From positions 2,496,001-2,560,000 of the forward strand of contig OZ244170.1 in assembly GCA_965216565.1 (NCBI GenBank): 64,000 bases of DNA, given 5' to 3'. How positions within the stretch are numbered: the stretch's first letter is position 1; every line of letters begins with the position of its first letter. The DNA is from Bythopirellula sp. Lineage in GTDB: Bacteria > Planctomycetota > Planctomycetia > Pirellulales > Lacipirellulaceae. Position numbers and translations under genes: made by a program. A model generated the notes under the pieces. It was given only the letters and a program-made list of their open reading frames with translations, did not search any database and was not told the DNA's origin. Of this stretch, positions 38,148 through 48,243 are shown piece after piece.

Positions 38148-39437
38148 ATGAACAGAAGAATAGCAATCTACGCCTTATGTACGTTGGCTGCGTTTGCACC
38201 CAGCGCCGGCTATGCCCAAATGTTGGCCGGTATGGGGCCACGCGTGGCACACAACCTGCCACCTGCACAGCGACTCATGGAACCCGGCCCCGGCGTCGGT
38301 GGACCAGGTCCTGGGGTACTGCACCCCATGGCAAGTCGTATGGCTGCCGGCGGAGGCGGAGGCGCTGTTTCGCCTACCATGGGCTACTCCCCAGGATGCC
38401 TGCCTGTGCCAGCGATGAACGCGACCTCTCAAATTGCCTTTCTCGGTGCCGAGGGTACTGAAGTGGCTTGGGATATCAGCGGTCAAGGATTGTTCGACTC
38501 GGTGCCCTTAGTGATGCCAGGTCGACAGAACTTTCCCCAGGCAGCCATCTACCGCTTGAAGCTGACAAATTTGCCGGACCGCCCCGGAACGGAGTTGTTT
38601 CCTACCCTGGAAGTCGCTCCCGTCACTCCGCGGACCGATGCCTATCTGGCACATGCACCAATTCCTATTCAGATTACAGACGAAGATTTGGATCAGGTCC
38701 TCAGTGGCAATTTTGTGACGAAGGTAATTTATCTACCAGATCCGGAGTTTCAAGAATTGGCTCTGGCCGGTGTGGAAACATTGGTGAGCACACGGCTCGA
38801 TCCGGGTGTCGATCCGATTTCCGAGGCCGACCGTCGCGGTTCTATCATGGCGATCTTGCGTATCGGTAACCTCGATCTCCAGCTCCCCGGCAACGGACTT
38901 GCTGGTCAAGGTGGAGTTACACATGCCGGTTACAACGAAGATGGCTCGCCCGTCGATCCGGTTGCCTACGATGGATACGGTTCGCAGTACTGTGGACCTC
39001 AAGGCATGGGCGGCCCTCAGGGAATGCAAACCGCCGGGTTTGCCCCTCAAGCCACTCCGCCACACTTGGTGTCGGGTATGACCACACCTCAATGGGGTAT
39101 GCCGCACGTGGGTACGCCGATTGGGCTACCCGGTCCGCCGCATCTTCCGATGGGTCACGAAGCCGGTTTGACTTCGCACACCATCAAGAACAAGACACGG
39201 GTGCGAATGCCACCTCCGGTTCACAACATGAGCATGACTGTGAAGCAACGTCCCGGAATGAACTATCCGCGTCCCGTCAATCACGTCAGCGTCTCTGAGA
39301 CGAATCGTGCTGGGCTGCGGTTGTTCGGTGGTCCGACCAATAATCGTGACGGCGGCAAGCCAACCTTGTGGCAACGATTGACTTCCAAGAAATGCGACGT
39401 TTGCGATTGTCCTAACGGAGAATGTGTGTGTCAGTAA
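38148..39437 (+). CDS. Exported Pro/Gly-rich hypothetical protein
   Basis: Signal peptide; shares a domain with the next ORF. Confidence 0.75.
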   Translation: MNRRIAIYALCTLAAFAPSAGYAQMLAGMGPRVAHNLPPAQRLMEPGPGVGGPGPGVLHPMASRMAAGGGGGAVSPTMGYSPGCLPVPAMNATSQIAFLGAEGTEVAWDISGQGLFDSVPLVMPGRQNFPQAAIYRLKLTNLPDRPGTELFPTLEVAPVTPRTDAYLAHAPIPIQITDEDLDQVLSGNFVTKVIYLPDPEFQELALAGVETLVSTRLDPGVDPISEADRRGSIMAILRIGNLDLQLPGNGLAGQGGVTHAGYNEDGSPVDPVAYDGYGSQYCGPQGMGGPQGMQTAGFAPQATPPHLVSGMTTPQWGMPHVGTPIGLPGPPHLPMGHEAGLTSHTIKNKTRVRMPPPVHNMSMTVKQRPGMNYPRPVNHVSVSETNRAGLRLFGGPTNNRDGGKPTLWQRLTSKKCDVCDCPNGECVCQ

Positions 39438-39522
39438 GCCTGGAGGTGGGAGGCTGGCGGTATTAGGTCCGAGTTTCCCACCGATCATTAACCAATCTTC
39501 AACTGACGATACACAACTAAAC

Positions 39523-40332
39523 ATGACAACGGTACGCTTTGGCTTAGGTTCCGAACTTGTTCGGACATTGGTCGCTGGCAAACTGCTATGGGCAGCGTTG
39601 GCGGGAATGCTGGTTTGCACTTCGGTGTGGGCCCAGTCTCCTCCAACACACTGGCTTCACGCTGGTGCCATGCCCCCGGGAGCGATTGGTCGTCAGCGAC
39701 TGATCCGAGGCGCTCCGTTGTCAGGGTACTGTCAGCCAGTCGAGATTCGTGCTCCCCAGGGGGCACGAATCGCGGCGGCGGCAGGATCCGGTTTTTACGA
39801 AGGTCGTGAAGACAAGCTACTGGTGGGACTCACGATCGCCACGGTCTATCGATTCAAGGTGACCGATATCCCCGACGCGCCAGGCGTTGAGCTCTTTCCC
39901 ACTCTCGAAGTGATCGATCGCTTGCATCCGCCCTGCGGAATGAAGCTGCGATTTCCTATTCCTGTGGAACTCACGCGGGAAGAATTGCTGAGCGCGGCCG
40001 AGGGACGATTTATCACTCGGGTGATCTATCTGGAAGATCCCCTGTTGGCGCTACCTCTCGACGAACAAGACGAGCAAAGGTGGGTGGAAGCCCGACCAGG
40101 CGACGATCCATTGGTGGTTGCCGATTCGCTCGGGCGACCCATGGCCATTCTGCGGCTCGGGGGTCGCGTGCCGATTGTCGACGCAGAGAATCCGGCATTC
40201 AACTACGGCGCACCACCGGTGCAAGTTTACGACGTACCAAACACGAATCATCGACCGGTCACCGAACGCCCACCCGAAGTGATCGAACTCTCTTCACGGT
40301 TTTCGGCGAAGAAACTACCGGGAAAGAAGTAA
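39523..40332 (+). CDS. Exported hypothetical protein, paralogous domain to the upstream ORF
   Basis: YRFKVTDIP..PGVELFPTLEV...PIPVELT.E.L...GRFITRVIYLEDP. Confidence 0.75.
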   Translation: MTTVRFGLGSELVRTLVAGKLLWAALAGMLVCTSVWAQSPPTHWLHAGAMPPGAIGRQRLIRGAPLSGYCQPVEIRAPQGARIAAAAGSGFYEGREDKLLVGLTIATVYRFKVTDIPDAPGVELFPTLEVIDRLHPPCGMKLRFPIPVELTREELLSAAEGRFITRVIYLEDPLLALPLDEQDEQRWVEARPGDDPLVVADSLGRPMAILRLGGRVPIVDAENPAFNYGAPPVQVYDVPNTNHRPVTERPPEVIELSSRFSAKKLPGKK

Positions 40333-40337
40333 CCCAA

Positions 40338-41744
40338 GTGGCAAGTTTGAACAAACAGAATTCGACTCGTCCGATGGCGATTCCGCCTAGGGGAACAACA
40401 CCCCCAACGTGGTTTCGCTTGGGGTTGGTCGCCGCGGTGACGCTGATTCTCTGTTCGTGTCGCGCGACAAACTCGCCGACAAATTCTTCGACGATTTCGT
40501 TGAATTCTAATCCGGCCAAGTCGGATGCGGAAATCAGAGAATCAATCGTCTCTGCCGTGAAGTTAGTCGAAGACCGGCAAATTGTCCAAGCTGCACACAA
40601 GCAGGCGATACCGCTAAAGAAGGCGGCGGCAAAAGAATTGCCGGGGAAATCTTCCTCAGATAAAACAATTGTCGACCCAGGCGTGGTCAATGCGCTCTAC
40701 ACAGAAAACGTCGGCAGCAAAAAACAGACTTCCAAGACCCGGCAAGTCGCTCATGTCGAGCAAGTGGCTTGCGACTCTTGCAGTCCAGCCACGATGGGGC
40801 CCTGTGTAGTATGTATGCCCGAGGACTGTGGCATTGGCCCAGCCGACGAATACTTGTGCGATGGCGGCGACTTCGGACTGCCCGCAGGTGTGCGAGCTAA
40901 TTGGCAGATCGACGGTTTGGAGCAAGAAGACACTATCGCCCATTACGACACAGTCGATGGTCGTACAATCGTCGCGCCCAGTAACCGCGTTTGCATTTAT
41001 GCTCCGCGCTTTGGAGTCGTACGGAAGGCCATCGACCTGCATGCCTACAATCGCTACGAAATGCCCGGTGGCTTCGAGGCAGATCTTTCCTTGTCAGGCA
41101 TCGAGGAAGACGAACGGGCCGCGACATCGCTCAACCAACTCGAGCCGAACATCAACCGAGCTGAGAATCCTCCGAGCCTGATGCTGGAGCAGCAGAAGGC
41201 GGGTGAGTTGGCGCTGGACATCGAAGTCCGCGAGTACGATGGTGCACTGGCCGCCTATGCCGACTTGCAGATTATTCGCGCCGGCATCATCGACAACGAA
41301 GAGAAGGCCTTGATTGCTGAAGGGGTGGATGCGGCCATCACCTGGGCTGGCGACCAAGCTGCACAAGTGACAATCGACAAACGCAGAGCCCAGGCAGAGG
41401 TGAGCGTTGTCCAACCGGGCGTGGTGTATCACGACGAGCAGCCGAATAATCCAAGATTGCGGCTAGTGAAACTCGCCTCCACGGGCACCGCGTTGCCGGG
41501 CGACGAAGTCGAGTTCACTCTACGATTCGATAACATTGGCGACCGCGTGATTGGCAATGTGACCATCGTCGACAACCTGACAACACGGCTCGAGTACATC
41601 CCCGAGACCGCCCAGGCAAGCGTCGACGCCGAATTCTCGGCCGAGCCCAACAAGCACGGCTCAGTTATCATGCGCTGGGAAATCACCGAGCCCGTCGAAC
41701 CAGGCGAAGGCGGCATCCTGCGATTCAAGTGTCGGGTACGGTAA
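40338..41744 (+). CDS. DUF11-domain putative lipoprotein
   Basis: LILCSC lipobox-like motif; C-terminal KLAS...ALPGDEVEFTLRFDNIG...NVTIVDNL...LEYIP (DUF11 pattern). Start uncertain. Confidence 0.75.
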   Translation: MASLNKQNSTRPMAIPPRGTTPPTWFRLGLVAAVTLILCSCRATNSPTNSSTISLNSNPAKSDAEIRESIVSAVKLVEDRQIVQAAHKQAIPLKKAAAKELPGKSSSDKTIVDPGVVNALYTENVGSKKQTSKTRQVAHVEQVACDSCSPATMGPCVVCMPEDCGIGPADEYLCDGGDFGLPAGVRANWQIDGLEQEDTIAHYDTVDGRTIVAPSNRVCIYAPRFGVVRKAIDLHAYNRYEMPGGFEADLSLSGIEEDERAATSLNQLEPNINRAENPPSLMLEQQKAGELALDIEVREYDGALAAYADLQIIRAGIIDNEEKALIAEGVDAAITWAGDQAAQVTIDKRRAQAEVSVVQPGVVYHDEQPNNPRLRLVKLASTGTALPGDEVEFTLRFDNIGDRVIGNVTIVDNLTTRLEYIPETAQASVDAEFSAEPNKHGSVIMRWEITEPVEPGEGGILRFKCRVR

Positions 41745-41873
41745 GGCTTGAGGCTGTTGGCTGGAGGCGGTAGGCTCTTGGTTTCCGCCTTCGATCGATC
41801 CTGTCGCTGACGCTCGGGGCTAGCTGAGTTTTCCGCTCCCCCCTACCCTCCCGCCTGAAGCCTACCGTCTCAC

Positions 41874-42788
41874 ATGCCCTACCTCTCGTTTCTATTCATC
41901 TGCTGCATGTGGGGCACAAGTTTTATCATGATGGATCGGGCTGCGCATGCCTACGGTCCGCTGGCTATCGGCACGGGACGATTATTGGGTGGGGCGCTCA
42001 CGCTCGCCTTGTATTGGGCGTACACGCGCGAGCCGGCCAGGATTAGCAAACGCGACTGGGGCCACATCGTTTTTGTCGCGGCCATTTCCAATGCCTGGCC
42101 ATTCACAGTGCTGCCCTATGTCATGACGCAAGCCAACGAGCATGGCTACTTTGGGATGTTGGTCACTCTGGTGCCGCTGGTGACGATCGTGTTGGCAATT
42201 CCTATGCTCGGCATTTGGCCTACTGCCCGACAAGTGATCGGAGTGATGGGGGGGCTCATTTGTCTGGCCGGGGTAATGGTCGATGGAACACAACGAGGCA
42301 TCCCCTGGGGACTGTTGGCACTTGGTCTCACCGTGCCACTCACCTACGCCCTGGGCAATATTTATATCAAGTGGAAGCTCGATCACATGCATCCCTTGCC
42401 GTTAACCGTGCTGTTCCTTGCGGTTGGGGGTGTGTCATTGATTCCCCTGCAGTTTATGCCGGGCGTATTGACGGCGCTCAACCTGCAGGGCCCCCCGGAA
42501 CCGCAAGACTGGCTGCTGGCCACTGGCTCGCTGGCACTGCTCGCCATTTTTAGTACGGGTGTGGCGATCCTGATGTTTATCCATTTGGTAAAATACCAAG
42601 GACCACTCTTTGCCGGGATGGTGACGTACGTCATTCCGCTGGTGGCCCTGGCTTGGGGACAGTTCGACAGCGAGAAGATGACTTCGCTTCAACTCGCCGC
42701 CATGGGCGGTGTGCTGGCAATGGTCGCGCTTGTACAATGGGGCGCGGCTGGGGCGAAGCAAGATTTGCCCGAGCCCTTGTTGGATTGA
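41874..42788 (+). CDS. DMT/EamA family transporter
   Basis: About 10 TM helices; MWGTSF; VTYVIPLVALAWG. Confidence 0.88.
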   Translation: MPYLSFLFICCMWGTSFIMMDRAAHAYGPLAIGTGRLLGGALTLALYWAYTREPARISKRDWGHIVFVAAISNAWPFTVLPYVMTQANEHGYFGMLVTLVPLVTIVLAIPMLGIWPTARQVIGVMGGLICLAGVMVDGTQRGIPWGLLALGLTVPLTYALGNIYIKWKLDHMHPLPLTVLFLAVGGVSLIPLQFMPGVLTALNLQGPPEPQDWLLATGSLALLAIFSTGVAILMFIHLVKYQGPLFAGMVTYVIPLVALAWGQFDSEKMTSLQLAAMGGVLAMVALVQWGAAGAKQDLPEPLLD

Positions 42789-42853
42789 AGATCCGGCGAT
42801 CCGTAGGATCGCGGCTACACTAGACCCTAGCCCCTAACACCTAGCCCCTTCTC

Positions 42854-43966
42854 ATGCATCCCTGGCTCGCAGCACGTACTGCTGAATTCGATAGCTCCGG
42901 CATCCGCAAGGTTTTCGACCTGGCGGCGAAGATGACCGACCCGATTAATCTCTCCATCGGCCAACCGGACTTTCCCGTGCCCGACACCGTGAAGGAAGCG
43001 GCAATCGATGCGATCAATGCCGACAAGAATGGCTACAGCGTGACGCAGGGAATTCCCGATCTGCGTGAGGCGCTGCAAGCGAAGATCGATAATCAATTTG
43101 GCCACGACGATCGCAAGGTGCTGGTGACGTCGGGGACGAGCGGTTCGCTGGTGCTGACGATGATGGCACTGGTGGACCCCGGCGACGAAGTGATTTGTTT
43201 CGATCCTTACTTTGTAATGTACCCGCCTCTGGTGGCGATGGTCGGTGGGAAGTGCGTCCTGGTCGATACCTACCCCGACTTTCGAATCGATCCGGAAAAA
43301 GTTGCCGCGGCGATTACGCCTCGAACGAAAATGATTCTGCTCAACAGCCCGGCCAACCCTACGGGCGTAGTTGCCACAGCAGACGAAGTCCAAGCGCTTG
43401 CCGAATTGGGGGACAAACACAACATTGCGTTGATCTCAGACGAAATCTATCGCGAGTTCTGCTACGACGCGCCGCTTGTGAGCCCCACGAAGTGGAACGA
43501 TCAAACACTGGTCGTCGATGGTTTTAGCAAATCGCACGCCGTCACTGGTTGGAGAATGGGGTGGGTCCATGGCCCGGCCGAGGTGATCGACAAGATCACG
43601 ATGCTACAACAGTACACATTCGTGTGCGCTCCGCATCCATTGCAATGGGCGGCACTGGCGGCACTGAAAACCGACATCTCCCCGCAAGTGGCAGAGTATG
43701 CTGAGCGGCGGGACCTGATTGTTGGCGGCCTGCGCGATGCCGGTTACGAGGTTGCCTCCACCGGCGGGGCGTTCTATGTATTCCCCAAGGTGCCTGCAGG
43801 CGGCGGCACTGGCACTGAGTTTGTCGAGCGCGCTATCGCAAACAATCTGCTCGTGATTCCAGGCAATATCTTTAGTGAGCGCAACACGCACTTCCGAATC
43901 TCGTATGCCGCGAGTGTCGAGACGATCGAGCGGGGCCTGGAAGTGTTGCGTGGACTGGCCAGTTGA
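42854..43966 (+). CDS. PLP-dependent class I/II aminotransferase
   Basis: LSIGQPDF, NSPANPTG, ISDEIY and GFSKSHAVTGWRMG. Confidence 0.93.
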   Translation: MHPWLAARTAEFDSSGIRKVFDLAAKMTDPINLSIGQPDFPVPDTVKEAAIDAINADKNGYSVTQGIPDLREALQAKIDNQFGHDDRKVLVTSGTSGSLVLTMMALVDPGDEVICFDPYFVMYPPLVAMVGGKCVLVDTYPDFRIDPEKVAAAITPRTKMILLNSPANPTGVVATADEVQALAELGDKHNIALISDEIYREFCYDAPLVSPTKWNDQTLVVDGFSKSHAVTGWRMGWVHGPAEVIDKITMLQQYTFVCAPHPLQWAALAALKTDISPQVAEYAERRDLIVGGLRDAGYEVASTGGAFYVFPKVPAGGGTGTEFVERAIANNLLVIPGNIFSERNTHFRISYAASVETIERGLEVLRGLAS

Positions 43967-44026
43967 TTTCTGGCCACGAGTGACGCGAATCTGCCCGAAT
44001 GTGCGTAGACGCAGTTTTGGGACTCC

Positions 44027-44105
44027 TAAGCCGACGGCGCTAGCCGCGGGTGCCGTGAAAATAAGTGCCGTTCTGATGCTATCCGCGGCTAGCGCCGTCG
44101 GCTCA
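44027..44105. repeat. REP doublet (AGCCGACGGCGCTAGCCGCGG family), copy C
   Basis: AGCCGACGGCGCTAGCCGCGG / CCGCGGCTAGCGCCGTCGGCT arms. Confidence 0.8.
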
Positions 44106-44196
44106 TCGGTGACTGCTTTATCCTTGAAACTGGCTCTTGTCTTGTAGAATAGGATGAACCTGATACTACCGCTTTTGCACTTAGACCTCGCACTCC

Positions 44197-45642
44197 ATGA
44201 AACGCTTTCCGCAGATACGACCCCTTTGTCTAGCTCTTCTATTGCTAAGTGGCAATTCGATTGCCGGTGGGCAGATTACGCTGTCGCAGGATTTCGATAG
44301 CGGTTCGTTGGATGTCGCTGCGTCGTCGGTTGTGGGAAACAACGTGAGCCTCGTCGGCAGGGAGACTTGGACCACGCGGAATAATTACCGCTGGGTCTAC
44401 TTCGAGGCGTCGAACGTCAACGGTGCCACTCCCCAGTTTTCGATTGACTCGACCAGTTTCTTGGGTTCGCTGACGAACCATCGTTACGTGTATAGCTACG
44501 ATCAAGAGAATTGGGAGTTCTTCGACAACGGGGGGACTTTCGGCGGGAATTATCAGTTCTCTAACAACTCTCCCTTCATACAGAACGATGTCTACATTGC
44601 CTATGGCCTGCCCTACCCTGTGAGTCGCACCGATAGCTATGTGCAGAATCTCGTGGCAAGTCCGCACGTGTCGCCGACAACTTCTGCCAATTCCAGCTTG
44701 GTTTTGGGACAGTCGGCGGCTGGCGTCGACGACGTGGGACGGATCGTGCCCACCCAGAACCTGTACGGCTTTAAGATTACAGATTCCACTTCCACTGCCA
44801 CAAAACAAAAGGTGCTGTTGGCATCGGGAAGTCACAGCGCAGAGACGGCCGGCAACTACGTTCTCGAAGGACTGTTGGACTTTTTGTTGAGTGGAGATTC
44901 CCGCGCCGATGCGTTGCGTCAGCACGCGGAGTTTTTTGTGTACCCACAAACCAATCCGGCCGGCAGATTCGGTGGCTACTACCGCAGCAATCCTGAGAAT
45001 CCAGACAAAGATTTTAACCGTTTCTTCAACAACCCGACAGGCTTTACCGACCTGACGGCGCTCACCTCTGCGATGCAAGCCGATACGTCGGGTGATGTCG
45101 ATGTGCTTCTCGACTTCCATTCCTGGTGGGGACCTTGGACGAACGACAACTTTATTTATACCTTACCGAGTTTGGTGAACGATCCGTTTTTCAGTGCACT
45201 GCAAAACTATCAACCGGAGATCTCTTCCACGGGCTCCAACGGTCAACCCGGAATGCTTCGCATCTGGGGTTCCAGCACTGCGGGCTTGAATGCGGAATTG
45301 GGCATGACGCCCGAGATTGGTTTTCAGCCGTTTGTGTATGAATCAGATCTATTAGGCATCGGCGAATCCTTCGGCCAAGCACTCTACGATACGATCGTCC
45401 CCGAGCCAACGTTTCCTGATGGCGATTTCAACATGGATTTTCGTGTAGACGGCCTCGACCTCCTCGCCTGGCAAACCAGCGGGTTGAGCGGCGCGGACCT
45501 GACTCTCTGGGAAGCCCACTATGGCGAGGTTGGTTCTCAAGTGGCCACAGCATCGACGGTGCCCGAGCCTGCGGGCTTGGTCTTACTACTAATCGCGGTG
45601 GGCACGATCAGCAGAGGACGCGATTGGATAAAACTAGCTTGA
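44197..45642 (+). CDS. Secreted M14-family zinc carboxypeptidase with dockerin-like repeat and PEP-CTERM
   Basis: DFDSG N-domain, HSAE (HxxE), DFNR and LLDFHS; GDFNMDFRVDGLDLLAWQ; terminal VPEPAGLVLLL. Confidence 0.8.
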   Translation: MKRFPQIRPLCLALLLLSGNSIAGGQITLSQDFDSGSLDVAASSVVGNNVSLVGRETWTTRNNYRWVYFEASNVNGATPQFSIDSTSFLGSLTNHRYVYSYDQENWEFFDNGGTFGGNYQFSNNSPFIQNDVYIAYGLPYPVSRTDSYVQNLVASPHVSPTTSANSSLVLGQSAAGVDDVGRIVPTQNLYGFKITDSTSTATKQKVLLASGSHSAETAGNYVLEGLLDFLLSGDSRADALRQHAEFFVYPQTNPAGRFGGYYRSNPENPDKDFNRFFNNPTGFTDLTALTSAMQADTSGDVDVLLDFHSWWGPWTNDNFIYTLPSLVNDPFFSALQNYQPEISSTGSNGQPGMLRIWGSSTAGLNAELGMTPEIGFQPFVYESDLLGIGESFGQALYDTIVPEPTFPDGDFNMDFRVDGLDLLAWQTSGLSGADLTLWEAHYGEVGSQVATASTVPEPAGLVLLLIAVGTISRGRDWIKLA

Positions 45643-45983
45643 CTAGCTAGGATTTTGATCTGCCAGTCTCGCTGCTGCCGACATTCTCGCGACCGTGAAG
45701 AAGTGGCAACCTACTAGCGAGCGATGCACATGTGAGAAGAACTATGGGAGAACGCTCCAATAGTGGTTGCGGCTTTCGTTTTGGGTGCACTAGGATTCTT
45801 TGCTTCAATAGACGTATACAGCAAGACCTTCGAGCTAGAGAAGCGTACCGCCGAACTCGAAGCGACGTTGCGTAAAATCTCTACCACCAAACAAACCGAG
45901 CCCGGGAGAACCAAGATCTCCCGGGCTCGTTCTATAAGCAAGCGTAACTTAACCCCCGGTGCGTATAGCTCCGGGCTTGAACG

Positions 45984-47264
45984 TTACGCGCTCTTGGTCT
46001 GTGGCGGCTCGTCTTTAAAGAGCTTTGCGCGACCTTCGACAATGTCGTCAGTCACGGTGTAGCGATTGCCGCGGGGTTGGTCGGGCAGGTCAAACATGAT
46101 GTCGAGCATCACGTTTTCGATGATCGATCGCAGGCCACGGGCACCCGTCTCTCGTTCGGCAGCGCGACGTGCGATTGCTTGCAATGCTTTCTCTGTAAAC
46201 TTAAGATCGGCATCTTCCATCGAGAACATGTGCTGATATTGCTTCGTGAGCGCGTTTTTCGGCTCTTGAAGTACGCGAACCAGCGATTCTTCCTCGAGCG
46301 GGCCCAAAGAAGTTAGTACGGGCAATCGACCTACCAGCTCGGGAATCATGCCGTATTCGATCAGATCGTCCGAAGTGACGTGGGCCAGTGTTTCGCCCAG
46401 GCTCAAATCTGCCGCATCGGTTTCGTTTTGGCCAAAGCCCATCGATCGGCCACCCAGACGTTTGCCAATCACATCCTGAATGCCATCGAACGTACCGCCG
46501 ACTACAAACAAGATATTCGTGGTGTCGAGCTGGATGTACTGCTGCTCGGGATGCTTACGGCCACCTTGTGGAGGCACGTTGGCGGTGGTGCCTTCGAGCA
46601 TCTTCAAGAGTGCCTGTTGCACACCTTCGCCGGAGACGTCTCGGGTGATCGAGACGTTCTGGCTCGTCTTGCCAATTTTGTCGATCTCGTCGATGTATAG
46701 CACTCCGCGTTGAGCCGCTTCGACATCGAAGTCAGCCGCATGCAGGAGCTTAAGCAGCAAGTTTTCCACATCTTCGCCGACGTAGCCAGCCTCGGTCAGC
46801 GTGGTCGCATCGCCAATGGCGAACGGTACGTTGAGCGAGCGGGCCAAAGTGCGAGCGAGCAATGTTTTTCCGCAACCGGTGGGTCCGACTAGCAGAATGT
46901 TCGACTTGTCGATTTCGACATCCAGCTGTTCTTCGGCGGCCATCAGCCGTTTGTAATGACTATGTACCGCGACAGCCAACACACGCTTGGCAGATTCCTG
47001 ACCGATGACGTATTCGTCTAGCTCGGTAACAATCTCGCGTGGGCTGGGGATCTTGGTGAATAGTTGCTTGCTCGAACCGCGGCGTTTGCGTTCTTGATCC
47101 AAAATGGATTGGCAAAGCTCAATGCACTCGCCGCAGATGTAGACGTCTCCGGGCCCTTCGACCAGGGGGCCGACGTCTCGGTAACTTTTTCGGCAGAAAG
47201 AGCAGAAGGCATTTTTCTTGGACGTACCGCCACGTCTGCCAGTTAAATCTCGCCCTGAAGGCAT
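45984..47264 (-). CDS. clpX: ATP-dependent Clp protease ATP-binding subunit
   Basis: CSFC...ICGEC zinc finger, [33 protein letters not shown] and TGARGLR. Confidence 0.98.
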   Translation of the reverse strand: MPSGRDLTGRRGGTSKKNAFCSFCRKSYRDVGPLVEGPGDVYICGECIELCQSILDQERKRRGSSKQLFTKIPSPREIVTELDEYVIGQESAKRVLAVAVHSHYKRLMAAEEQLDVEIDKSNILLVGPTGCGKTLLARTLARSLNVPFAIGDATTLTEAGYVGEDVENLLLKLLHAADFDVEAAQRGVLYIDEIDKIGKTSQNVSITRDVSGEGVQQALLKMLEGTTANVPPQGGRKHPEQQYIQLDTTNILFVVGGTFDGIQDVIGKRLGGRSMGFGQNETDAADLSLGETLAHVTSDDLIEYGMIPELVGRLPVLTSLGPLEEESLVRVLQEPKNALTKQYQHMFSMEDADLKFTEKALQAIARRAAERETGARGLRSIIENVMLDIMFDLPDQPRGNRYTVTDDIVEGRAKLFKDEPPQTKSA

Positions 47265-47608
47265 GCTGTCTCCTTTGAGAGTGTGCTCAACTCAAGGGTC
47301 ATCACCGACCAGCGAGTCTTGCGCGAATCAATCATGGGTGTCGCTCGATGGAGTCATTTCGCTTAGTGCTTTGTCATTGCCAACAATAGGCGTTGTCAAA
47401 GCCCTAGAGCAAACTGTGCCATCATGCCTGGCGGGGCGTCCTTGTCCGCTCAGTGTGAGCAGTGCTTCGTTGGTCGTACTTACGCAGCCTCAACGAGAGT
47501 CGTTCATCGACCTTCTCACGGTGATTGTCCACTCCCGCTGTGGGAGGGTGAACAATCGAAACAGTCGGTCCTGCCCTCAACACCGGCCAAGTGCCTGTAA
47601 CAAGGGGT

Positions 47609-47869
47609 TTATCCGTTGCTGTTGTTACTCTTTAACTCCGACTTCAATTCACCTGCTAGCTTCGTTTTAATAGTTCGGAATTCTTCGTCGCTGAGCCCAC
47701 CCTCGGAATGAAGTTCGCGGAACTTTGACATCATCATACTCGACTCGGAGATGTCTTTGGCGGCACGATCCCGATACCTTCGCGCAAGGGCAACGCCTAT
47801 GGCAGTTAGCACGAAGATAACTGCAAACAGGATCGCTGCTTGCGACAAGGATTCTAACGCGTTGCTCAT
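47609..47869 (-). CDS. Small membrane protein with SHOCT-like C-terminus
   Basis: TM helix followed by FRELHSEGGLSDEEFRTIK. Confidence 0.7.
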   Translation of the reverse strand: MSNALESLSQAAILFAVIFVLTAIGVALARRYRDRAAKDISESSMMMSKFRELHSEGGLSDEEFRTIKTKLAGELKSELKSNNSNG

Positions 47870-48243
47870 CTATACCGGTTGCCGGTGACCCGGCTACCTC
47901 TTCTGAGCGCTCTGTGAAGAATTCGTCTGTCCGACTCTTGGTGAGCGCTGGTCCATATCCCCTATTCCCTACTTATTATGTCCCGATTGGCTCATCTCGG
48001 CAAGAAAAGTATCTCCGGGGTTTAGGGCCTCAGGCTGAAATATTGCCAAGTCCGCAAATATTGCCTGACTTGGCTAACTAAGCCCGTGGGCGTGGGTGTT
48101 TCAAGCTGCGGAAGCAGCATTTCCGATAGGGATGATAACGGACAGTCTTGGGAATTTCCGATGGTCGGAGGTTTCTGGGCTAAATTCTCGCACCACCGGT
48201 TAGGACCCTCCGATTTGAGATCCTGACGCTTGGGACACTGATA

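Noticed and set aside
44245..45120. Long antisense ORFs (for example 291 aa here, 204 aa at 7058, 203 aa at 48490)
   Set aside because: These are shadow ORFs opposite well-supported genes in GC-rich DNA, with no motifs.
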